Source: Devosia sp. (GTDB lineage Bacteria; Pseudomonadota; Alphaproteobacteria; Rhizobiales; Devosiaceae). Taken from it: a DNA stretch of 41,830 nucleotides. A program made the position numbers and the translations under genes. The stretch spans positions 1 through 41,830 of the forward strand of contig JANXSI010000469.1 of assembly GCA_025352765.1 (NCBI GenBank). The letters run 5' to 3'. The stretch's first letter is position 1. Each line of letters starts with the position of its first letter. Shown here in pieces: positions 1-12,000 of this stretch. Below the pieces are notes generated by a model that saw only the letters and a list, made by a program, of their open reading frames with translations, had not been told where the DNA came from and did not search any database.

Positions 1-2
1 GC

Positions 3-3000
3 AAGGTCAAAGTCGAGGCCAGTGACGCCTCGACGATCCAGTCCAACGTCAAGATCGCCTCGTCCGTCGTGGGGGCCAGCGATGGAGGCCTGCATAAGCT
101 GGCCAGCGACATAGACGAGAAGGTCAACGGCACGGCGATCGACGGCGACTATTCGCTCGCCGATGCGGTCAATGGCGAGCTCACGCTGAAGCTCGGCGAT
201 ACGGTCACGATGTCTCCGAACTACGTCACGACGGGTGACCCGCGGGCTCCTGATCTCACGCTCAAGAAGGGTGACATTGTTCTGCTTTCCGCGCCCGGCG
301 AGCTCGGTACGCTTTACGAGTTCGTACTTGATACGATTGATCACCCCGCCGGCAGTTCGGTGCATGTCGGCTTCGATGAGACGGGCGGCCTCAACAATTT
401 TACCGACATCGGCGTCTGGAAGAAGCTTGACGGTCTCAAGCCGAACGCGACCTACACGTATTACGGCAGCGGCGGCGACAGCAGTCATTCGGGCGGCACG
501 GTTGTCGACCTGACGGCGGCGGATTTCAAAGACCAGGCGCTGTGGCAGGAGAACGCCGACTACACGATGCTGCTCGACGGCTCGACGGGCGGCTTGCGCT
601 CGGCGGGCGGCTCCAGCACCGGTATTGCGATCAGTTTCAACGATCTGCGCAATGGCGCGGTGGCGTTGGTCAATAATACGACGGTGGATGCGGCAGCGCT
701 GAGCGTCACCGCCGATTCCGAGGGCACCGTTAGCGCCATCGCCGACGTCACCAACCAGTCGCAGGGCCAATCCGCGTTCCAGCAGGCGGGCTTCATCAAG
801 GGGGCGCTCGGGAAGGGCGCCCTCCTGTTCGGTGGCGACCAGTCGAAATCACAGAGCGCCGTCGTCTCCACCAATCTGATCCTGGGCGGCACGTCCGCCA
901 AGGTCACCGGCAGCACTGTTGGTCATGCCGCGCATGACACTACGCCGATCAGCGCCATTGACGTGACAGTAAATGCAACCAATGCGGCGACGATCACGTC
1001 CGACACCAAGACGATGGCCGTCGCTACCGGCAATGGCGGCAACGTGGTCGCACTGCAGATCGCCAACAACACGATCGGGTGGGAGCGCACCAATCTGCTG
1101 TTCGCGACGCTCGAGACGCTGGTGGGCGACATCGGGCAGATCGACGGAGCGCCGACGCTGCGGCACGAGCTGCCCTATGACGTGGTGGCTGCGATCGAAA
1201 ACAGTACTGTCGTCAGCAACGGCGCGGTCCGCGTGACTGCGCTATCGACCGCTTCGATCAACGCCCAGATCAGCAATGACGCGACCTCGGCGGCGACGGC
1301 GGTGATCAACGCGGCGGAAGCGTCTGCCTACGGCATCGTGATTTCCGGCAACAAGGTCTCGGGAAGCACGGACGCCCATATCAGCACCAACTCGTCCATT
1401 ACGGCCGGCTCTGTGTTGGTGACGGCGACCGATACGGCCGCGATCGACACCACGACCGGCGTCGGCGCCAGCTCCAAGGTAGAAAACACCTATGGGACCG
1501 ACATCGCGACCAAGCTCGAAGGCAAGCTGATCGACACCTTCGATTACACCAGCGAATCCGGCATCCGGACGCTGAATTTCGGCGACAAGGTGCTGGTAAG
1601 GACGGTCGATGGCTCGACGGTGACCTACGCCACCTACCAGTTCATGGGACCCAACGGCACCGAGCTGGACCTCTCCGACGGCAGCCGGGTCGGGGCCGGC
1701 GAGGACGCGCCGTACGACAGTGCCGGCTATTGGAAGCAGCTCAATACCGATAGCTTGGTGCAGAAGGACATCGCCAAGGTTGCGCTGCTCGCTGCGGGTG
1801 TCGAGAAGAGCGTCGTCAGTCCGGAATTCGGCGCGAAGGCCGGCCTCTTTGCGCGCAACCAAGTGCATGGCGGGGCCAGCGCCAGCATTGTCGATGCGAC
1901 GATCGTTGCGCTCGCGGCGGTAAGCGTCGCGGCCGACGAGAAGGCCAAGATAACCGCGCATGACAACAGCTACATTTCGGCCAAGAGCTCCTCGTCGCTC
2001 GTGTCGGTGACCAACAATGTGCTGGGCAGCGCCAAGGCGTTCATCGACGACAGCAGCATCAGCAAGGCCAGCGGCGCCGGTCTGACCAACAGCCTGAGCG
2101 TGACGGCCAAGACCGAGGCTAGTATCAGTGCCACGATCGACAGCCAGATCAAGGCGGAATCGGAAGCCAGCGGGCTGCTGCTGGTGTTCAATGCGGTGGG
2201 CTGGGTGCCTACCAATCTGCTGTTCGACACGATCGATGCGATCACCGGCTCATCCGAGCTCACTTCCGATACTTCTGATGCTTTCAAGGCGTTCAAGGCC
2301 CAGAGTCCAGTCGACACCACCGCCTATATCCACAACAGCCATATCGATGTTGCCGGAGCAGTGACGCTCGACGCCAAGAACGATGCGTCCATCGAGGCAG
2401 TGTCGGGCATTGCGGCGGACATGGCCAAGACCATGACCTTCGCCATCGAAGCGAAGTATGCGGTCAAGGGCTCCTCGGGCGCCTATATCATCGCCAGCAA
2501 CAAGGTTGCCGGCAGCGCCTCGGCCTATATCGACAACAGCGCGGACGATTCCGAGAAGGCGACCGACACCGTCAATGCAGGCGGCGGCGTCTCGCTTAAT
2601 TCGGACAGCTCGGCCTCGATCAAGGCCAAGGTCAACCTGACTTCGACCGCGACCCCGGTCAACAATCTCGACGCGGTGGCCCAGATCGTCGGCGACCTCG
2701 CCGACAAGCTGGGCCTGGGCAGCTACAGCTATACCGACAAGTCCGGCATGCAGAACGTCAAGGTCGGCGACACGGTGCTCAAGACCGGCGATACGCCCAA
2801 GGTCGATGTCGATCTTTTCGGCGCCAATCCACCTGCGACGTTCACGCTCGGCACGATGGGAACCATCCGCAATGCGGCGGGCGCCACCTATATCTATGTG
2901 GCCGCCGCTGACTTCACCGAGGCGGATCTGGCCAAGGTCGATTACACCGACCGGACGAAGTGGAAGCCGGTCGATCTGAGCCAGTATCCGGGCGCAACCT

Positions 3001-6000
3001 ATGAGTATATCGGGCCGGACGCCAACGGTAAGCATCCCAACGATGACGGCTATACCGGCGCTCCAGTTTCGATCAACCTGAGCAACCTCGACTTCAGCCA
3101 GTTCCCGCTCTTGTGGAAGAAGCAGTCGTCGACTGACTACAAGGACGCGCTTTACCCGAATCTGGGCAACGTGGTGACAACCGATGCATCGTCGGCCGGG
3201 CTCGAGATTGCCTACAATGACGTGCGCGACGAGTCCAAGGCGCGCGTCGAGAATGTGAGCGTCACGAGCGGCGGCGACGTGACCGTGACCGCCAAGGGCA
3301 CGGCGGAAATCCAGGCCAAATCGGTGGTCACCGTCAGCGCCTCGGGCGGGAGCGGCATCGACGGCAGCGGCGCGGTGGATGCCAAGCTCGGCCAGATCGT
3401 CACCAACATGGTGCTGGGCGCGGCCACCGCGAGCATCACCAACGCCAGCGTGGAGGCCAGCGGCGACGTTGCTGTCCATGCCATCAACGATGCGCGGATC
3501 GATGCGCGCAACTACGCCACGGGTGTCTCCGGCGCGACCGCCAAGGCGCTGACGCTGGCGTTCAACACGGTGGGCTGGCACGCCGAGAACATCCTGTTCG
3601 CGACGGTGGATGCGATCATCGGCGATCCGCTGCTGGCGCACACGATCTATGGCGACCCGGACGGCGCCGACGCAACGGCGACCATCACGCATTCGTCGAT
3701 CGATGCGGACGGGGCGGTGGCGGTTACGGCCGACAATGTGGCGCAGATCAACGCCACGGTCAGCAATACGGCACAGACCGTGACCTCGGCGCTCTATGGC
3801 GCCTCGGGTTCGGACTATGGCCTCGTCATCACCTCCAACAAGGCGGCCGGCAAGGCCATCGCCTATATCGACGAGCAGTCCGACGCGCTGACGACGGTCA
3901 CGGCCGGCAAGGGCGTTAGCGTCACCGCCGACGATGCCACGAAGATCTACGCCAACACCAAGCTGGTGGTGGACACCGAGGTCACCAACGATGCGGGTCT
4001 GGGTGTCATCCAGGAGACACTGGATGACCTCTATCCGGCCGATTACACGGCGGGCAAGGGCGGCATCGCGGGCGGCGTAAAGCCGGTGCATTACGGCGAC
4101 CGCATCCGGCTGACGGATGATTACGGCACGCCCGACGTGACCGTGCTCGAGAGCGACGATCTCGACCAGACCTACGACGTCGATGCCGGCAAGATCGTGC
4201 AGCTGGGCGACGGATCAGTGTTCAAGAACACCACCAATGGGACGCTGACCGTCGATTACGCCACGACGGGCGACGATCTATCGGCCGATGCAAACTGGAC
4301 CGCCATCGGCGGCAATGCCGGCAGCATCTACATCTATATGGGCGGTGGCAGCTACAACGATCCCGATGCACCGGTGCCTGACCAGGTCGATATCGATTCG
4401 ACCGACTACAGCGACCTCAGCCTGTGGAAGGAAGCGCCCGAAACGCAGGTGCTGCTGCAGGGGCTCAATCTCTCCACCTCGCCCAGCAGCTCGGTGGGCG
4501 GCATCGTGGTGATGAACGACGTGCGCGGCGGCTCGGATGCGGAAATCCGCAACACCACTGTCATTGCGGCGGGCGATGTGCTGGTGAGCGCCGGCGAAAG
4601 CGCCCTTATCAATGCCACCGTGGACAATGCGGTGACGGCTAGCGGCGGCAGCTCGATCGGTGATCTGGGCAAGGACAAGAAAAAGGGCGGCACCGGCGAG
4701 AACGCCGACGTGCCCGACAAGACTACCAAAGACGTGGGCAAGGGGCAGGACACCAGCGGAGCGGAAGATCCGACCAAGATCGACTCCAAGGCTGCGAAAG
4801 AGCCGGCCGGGGAAGAGGAACCGGAGGACAATGTCCTCGCAGTCTCGGGCAATATCGCAACGAACGTCGTGCTGAGCACCGCAAAGGCAACGATCAGCAG
4901 CAGCACGGTCACGACGAGCCCGATCACCACCGCCGATGGCGTCATCGCCACCGGCGCGGTGACTGTCGCCGCGGTCGACGATGCCGAGATCATTTCGGAC
5001 ACCAAGAATTCCGCATATACCACCGGCGGCAATACCTATGGTGTCACTCTTGCCTTCAACTCGGTCGGCTACGATCCCCAGAACCTGCTCTTTAACGGCC
5101 TCGACGCGATCATCGGCGACGGCCTGTTCGCCAACCAAATCTCACATGGCGAAAACCCCGCCGGCGCGGAAGCGAGCATCACCAACTCGCAGATCACTGC
5201 CAGCGGCGCCGTCGGTGTGACTGCCGACAACAAGGCGATCATCGACGCGACGGTCAGCAACAAGGCCACATCGGAATCGACGTCGATTTACGGCACCGAT
5301 GGCAAGGCCGTCGGCATGATGCTGGCCAGCAACAAGGTCTCGGCGAAGGCGACCGCCAGCATCGACAACAGCAACAGCCCGACCCTCGGCGTGACCGGCA
5401 CGAGTTTCAAGGTTGATGCGAAGGACGATGCGGAGATCACCTCCAAGAGCGACGTGCTTGTCCAGACGCTGATAAAGGACGATTACGGCGTCAGCATCGC
5501 CAGCAATCTCATCCTCCTGGCAGTGGACAACTACCAATTCACCACGGCGTCCGGGTACCAGAACGTCAAGAACGGCGATTTGCTGGCCAACCCGGCCGAC
5601 CTCGACAGCGACGGCAAGCCCGCGCTCTACCAGTACACGGGCACCGACGCGCCGATCAATCTGAGCAGCCTCGATTTCTCGGGCAATACCCCGCCAGCCC
5701 ACTGGGTGCGCTACATCGTCGGCGATGTGGTCAAGAACATTGTCGACAATATCCCCGGCCTCGCCGACGGCAGCGCGCTGGGTATCGGCGGGCTGCTAAT
5801 CCTGAACCAAGTCAAAGGCGGCGCCGATGCGACGATCAAGAACGCCGATCTAACGGTGGCAAAGGATTACAAATTTACCGCCACCTCGGGGTCCAAGGCT
5901 GTCACCAAGGGTGACGTGATTGCCTCCAGTTTCGACCAGACGACCGGCAAGCCGACGCTTTATGTTTACACCGGTGCCAATGCGACGCTCAACCTGAGCA

Positions 6001-9000
6001 ACCTCGACTTCACCGGCAATACGCCGCCGACCGGCTGGGTGCTCTTCGTCGACGACAATGCCGGCGACGTGACGGTCAAGGCGCAGGAAATCAGTGTCAT
6101 CGACGCCACGGCCAGCGGTACCGTTGAGACCACCGGCAGCGGCAATGGCAGCTCGATCGCCGTCAACGGCATCATCGCCACCAACAACATCATGGACTCT
6201 GCCCGCGCGTCGATCGTGAACGGTTCGATCAGCGGTGCGGGTGCGGATGATGTCAGCGTTCTCGCCGACAGCGCCAGCACGCTAACCGCCACTGTCGATG
6301 CCACGACCAAATCGCGGCAGGTGGGTGTCGGCATCGTGCTGGCCTTCAACACGGTTGGCGTCGCCGGGCAGAATTTCCTGTTCAACATCGCCGACGTCAT
6401 CGGCGGCACCGATATCGCCGGGCCCTCTTCGACCGACGACGTGCCGGTCTATGCCCGCATCAGCGGCGCGACCCTCGACATCGCCGGCGACCTCACGGTT
6501 GCCGCGACAGCGGACGAGACCATCACCGCCGACATCTCGAACTATATCGAAGTCAAGCGGCTGAGCCTGAGCGACGAAAATCCGCCGGCGGTGGGTGTAT
6601 CGGCCGTCATTGCGCTCAACCGCATTTCCTCCGGCGTCGATGCGAGGCTTGGCGACAGTTCGAGCATCGACGTGGGCGGCGCGGTCGTCGTGTCGGCGAT
6701 CAACAGCAGCACCATCAATGCCAAGGTGGTTGCCCCCTCCATCGTGCTGTCGGCCAATCCGGTGAGCGAGGAAGGGGCGACCGCGATTTCGATCGCGCTC
6801 GTCATCGTGCGCAACGAAATCGGCGTCGACGTGACGGCCGAGATCGACAAGGTCTCGCATCTCGACGCAAGCGGCGACATTACCGTCGATGCCGAGCAGA
6901 ACAGCACGATCAAGGCCACAGGTGCGGCAGCGGCCGTCGCCCTGGTCGCCGGCGCCAGCAACGCCACCGGCGTCACCGCCGGCGGCGTGATCGCATTCAA
7001 CAAGATTGTGGGCTCGGTGGGGACGACGATCAGCGACAGCACTGTGGATGTCGGGCTGACCGGTGGCGCGGTGACGGTCAAGGCGTCGAACGCTGCCGAC
7101 ATCGAGGCCACCGCCGTCGATGCCGCGGTCAATTTGTCGATCGCAGCCGAGGCGGCGACAGGCGTCGCCATCGGCTTCGTGCTGGCGTTCAACTATGTCG
7201 GCTATCTGGGTGCCATCACCCACCTCGAGGGCAACAGCGCCACCGACAATCCCACCAATAGCAACGCCAGCCTCTCGCCGCTCTCGACTGCGGCGCGCAT
7301 CCGCAATTCGAAGGTAACCGGCAAGTCGGTCGCGGTCGAGGCCAGCACGACCGCCAAGATCGACGCTGTCACGGGGGCGCTTGCCCTTGCGGCCGGCCTC
7401 TCAGCCGAGGCCACAACCACCGTTGCGGTGGCCGGCGTGTTCAACATGAACCGTGTCGCGACCAATACGATCGCCGCGATCGATGGCCAGCGGGACATCG
7501 ATAGCGCTGACACCAACGGCTATGACATCTCGAACGATCATGGCCATTCGACCATCGATGCCGGCGGCGGCGGCGTCAGCGTGACGGCGGATGCGGGCGG
7601 CGAGATCATCGCCACGGACGCGGCGGCGGCCGTGACGCTGTCGCTCGGCGGCGAGGCGGCCACCTCGATTTCCGTCGGCGTATCGGTGGCGCTCAACAAT
7701 ATCGCCAATACGGTGCGGGCGCAGATCTCCAATTCGAGCGTCGAGCAATCCGGCAGCGTGCTGGTGCAGGCCACCAACGATGCAACGATTCACGCTACCG
7801 CGGTCGCGGCGGCACTGGCCGTCGCTATCGGCGGCGAAGCCAGCATTGCGGTGGCTGGCGGCGGTGCCGTGGCCACCAACGACATTGCGGGGACGACGCT
7901 CGCCAACCTCACCAACAGCTCGATCAGCTCGTACGGCAATGTGACCGTTAACGCGACGATGCAGTCCACGATCACGGCCGAGATCGCCGCTGTCGCCGTG
8001 GCGCTGGCCTTCAGCCCCGAGGCAAGCCCGGCAATTGCGCTCGGCGTCGCCGTGGCGCTCAACAAGATCAACCATGGCAATTCCGTCGAAGCCTCGCTCG
8101 ACAACAGCTCGGTGACGGCGAACTCGGGTCGATTGATCGTCAGCGCCCTGTCCCACAATACGATCGACGCCTTCGTCGTCGCGGCCGCCGTCGCGGTCGC
8201 TGGTGGCGAAGTGGGCCTTGCTGCTTCGGGCGCCGGTGCCGGTACCGAAAACGACATTGCGGTCGCGACTACGGCGCGGATCACCGGTTCGGGCACCAAC
8301 GGCATTTCGGCGGCCGGCGTCAGTGTTACCGCCGAGGACCGTTCGCAAATCACAGTCACTGTGGCGGCGGGCGCCGTCGCGGCGGCCTTCGGCGAGGTCG
8401 GGGCGGGCTTTGCCATCGGCATCGCGATCGCCACCAATGACATCGCCAATCGCATTACCGCCGAGATCATCGATGCCGCCAGCCTGCATGGCGGGGCCTA
8501 TGGCGTGCTCGTCGATGCAAAGGACCAATCCGGTATTCACGCCACCGCGGCTTCGGCATCGCTGGCGGTCGCGGTCGGTGAAGTGGGCGTAGCCATCTCC
8601 GCCGGCGGCGCTGTGGCGCTCAACAAGAGCACCACCAGCGTCTTTTCGAAGATCGACAACAGCACCATCACCGGCGATGGCGGGGTCAGCGTCACGGCAG
8701 AAAGCGATGCCACGATCACCGCCAATATCGCGGCCGTGGCAGCGGCGATCGCTGGCGGGCAGGTGGGTGTCGGTGTCGCGATCGGCGTGTCGGTCGCCAT
8801 CAACCAGATCGGCGACTGGGACGACAGCGCCGAACAGAGCGCGTCGACCGGCGACAGCAACGATGACGACGTGAGCGACGTTGCAACGGCCGCGCCCGTA
8901 CTCAGGGCCAATGGCGGTACATCCGTTGTGGCGACGATCAACAACAGCGACGTCACCGCCAGCGGCGGCGACGTGACGGTGACGGCGACGTCGGGCCAGA

Positions 9001-12000
9001 CCATCGAAGCCAATGTGGTGGCGCTGGCGGCGGCGCTGGCGGCGGGTCAGGTAGGCATCGGCGTTGCCGGCGCGGGCACTTACGCGGAAAACCGCGTGGC
9101 CGTGCGAACGGCTGCTACGATCGGGGGCATCAGCGGTAACACTGCCGATATCAACGCGCGCAACATCACCGTGCATGCGACCGACGACCAGGCGAGCATT
9201 ACGGCCTTTGTCGGATCGGCGGCGCTGAGCGCGGCGATCGGCGAAGTCGGCGTCGCCGGCGCGGCCGCCATTGCGGTCGCTAAGAACGTCATCGCCAACG
9301 ATGTCGATGCACATACCAGCTACGCGAGTCTCACGGCGCAGGCCGTTCCAACGCATACGGCGAACTACAAGGCGTTCGTATTCAGCGCGGGCCCGGATGG
9401 CGCGTTCAACACCGGCGACGATCTGACCCCGGTCGAATACACCGGCCAGGCGTTGGGCGTCGGCAATGACGGGATCGCCGGTAATGGTGACGATGACTAC
9501 GTTGCCCTCGTAGATCAGAACACGACGTTCGAGTATGGCAGCGTGGCGCCCGCGCCGGGCAAGATCACCATCTCGGCCCACCAGGGTGCGGTGATCGATG
9601 CGACGGCCGCGGCCGCGGCGGTTGCCCTCGCGGGCGGCGCGGTCGGCGCGGCGCTCAGCGTCGGTGGCGCGGTGGCGCTCAACAGCATCACCGGGTCCAC
9701 TTCAGCCTATGCGGATCACAGCTCACTGACGGCGGGCGGCGACGTCGGCGTCACGGCGACCAACAGCATGGACATCAGCACGATGGTGCTGGCGGTGTCG
9801 GCGGCTGTCGGGATAGGCGGCGCGGGCTTCAGCGCGGGGGTCGGCGCCAGCGTGGCGCTCAATTATATCGGCTACGGGATCGGTGCCTCGAAAACCGACC
9901 AAGGGCATCTGGTGGGTGTGTCGGCCTATCTGAGCAACAGCAATGTTGACAGCTTCGGCGACCTCAAGGTCAGCGCGACCTCGACAGCCAACATCGACGC
10001 CACAGTTGCGGCGGCTGCGGTCGCCGTGTCGGCTGGCGCGATTGCGGCCAGCGTGGCCGCGGCCGGAGCGGTTACCATCAACCAGGTGGGGATGAACGTC
10101 CTCGCCTATATCGACAATTCCGGGACCAATGGCGACTCGGTGAAGGCGGCCACGATCGACGTGGCGGCCGACGATAACAGCACGATCAGCGTGTGGGCCG
10201 GCGCGGCGGCGATCTCGGCGTCGTTCGGTGTGTTCGGCAGCGTTGCGGTGTCGATCGGCGTCGCGGTCGCGACCAACAGCATCGACAATGAAGTGGGCGC
10301 CTATGTCCGTGGCGTCGATACGCTGACGGCCCGCGGTGAGCTCGACCAGAGCGCCTACAATACCGCCAATCACTATTACTACACGTCACCGGTGGCGACC
10401 GGCTTTTCCGTCGACCAGCAGACCGGCGTCGTGACTCCTATCCTGGCGATTGGCGTTCCCGTCGTCGCCGGCAGCGGGTCACTCCGCGTCACCGCGAACT
10501 CGGTCGAGACGGTCACGGCGACGGCCTATATGGCCTCGGTGGCCGCATCGTTCGGTGTTGCGATCGCCGGCGGCGGCGCAGTGGTCCTGAACGACATCAA
10601 GTCGAGCGCGCGCAGCGGGGAGAGCGGCGCGCGGCACGGCGTGTTCGCCTATATCGACGGCGGCGCGGTCAGCGCGACAGGCGACATTACCGTCAAGGCC
10701 GATGCCAAGGACAGCGCCAGCGGCGAGGTAGGGGCGATCACTGTATCGATCGGTCTCGGTCTCGCGGCGTCGGGCGCCGACGTCGAGAACAACATCGCGG
10801 TTAATGTCGATGCCGATATCGGCCGAGTCACTAGCTTCAACGGTCGCAATGTCATCGTGCAGGCCACGGCGACGCCCCAGGCGTCGTCGCTCGTCCGTGC
10901 CGTCAACGTCGGCGCGGTCGCGGTGGGGGTGTCGGAGGCCCATGCCAATATCGCCAACACTGTCAGTGCCAGCTTCGGCGGCGACAGCAATGCGAGCCTC
11001 ATCAATGTGCAGTCGCTACAGGTAGCAGCGCTCAACCTGGTGGGCGCAAGCGGAAAATCGGCCGACGCCGAGGCTATCGGAATGGTTGGCGGGCTCATCG
11101 GCGTCGATGCCACCATCGCCAAGGCGAGCAGCCACAATAGTGTCAACGCCAGCATCGGCGCGGGCAGCATCACGGCGTCGCGCAATGTCGGCGTCGGCGC
11201 GGAGAACGACAGCGTGCAGTACGCCAACGCCGTCAGCGTGGCGTTCGGCCTCGCGGCGGCCGGCGCCACTACCTCGGACGCACGCTCTACCGGCGCCCGC
11301 ACGTCGGCGAAGATCGGCGGGAATGTGAAAATCAACGCCGGCAATGTCAGCGTGGTTTCGGCCGGCATCGACGACAACCGTGCCGACGCCACACCCGGCT
11401 CGATCGGCGCGGTCGCCATCGCCGCGGCGGTCCTGACCACGGACTCAACCGACACCCAGACTCTGGCGCAGGTCGGGGACGGCACCAACGTTCCGACGAT
11501 CACCGTCACTCGCCCGACGACGCAGCTGGTTGGCGAGAGCACCGATGCGTTCAACCAGTTTGAGGCTGTCGCCGGCAATTTAACGCTGGCGGCGGACCAT
11601 CTGGCCCGCGCAAACACGCAGCTCGTCACCACGGCCTACGGCCTGCTGTCGGGCTCGGGCGCTACTGCCGACAACTGGATCGACTCGAAGGTCGATACGG
11701 TCGTGGGTCGAGGCGCCCAGATCTTTGCGGCCAATATCGACATTGCGGCGGTCAACCGCTTTCAGAAGGACGACATCGGCAACAATATCGACGGCAGCGC
11801 CGGTGGTCTTGTGTCCGGCGCCAAAGCGCGCAGCGACACGCACCTGACACTCAACACGAAGACCACTGTCAACGACAACGCCACGGTGCAGGTCACCGGC
11901 AAATCGACCGAAGGCGGCATGCTGTCGATCCAGGCGCTTAATGACATCTTCTACCGCGAGACGGTCACCTATCAGAGCGCGGGCCTCGGCTCGGGCGTGG

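Noticed and set aside
69-71. GTG start assigned by the ORF track
   Set aside because: The frame is open from base 3 with the same repeat style, so the real start is upstream of the window.
6500-11700. Hydrophobic stretches in the giant protein read as transmembrane or pore-forming toxin helices
   Set aside because: Alternating small-residue patterns with regular Asn/Gly turns fit beta-solenoid rungs, and no toxin catalytic motif was recognised.
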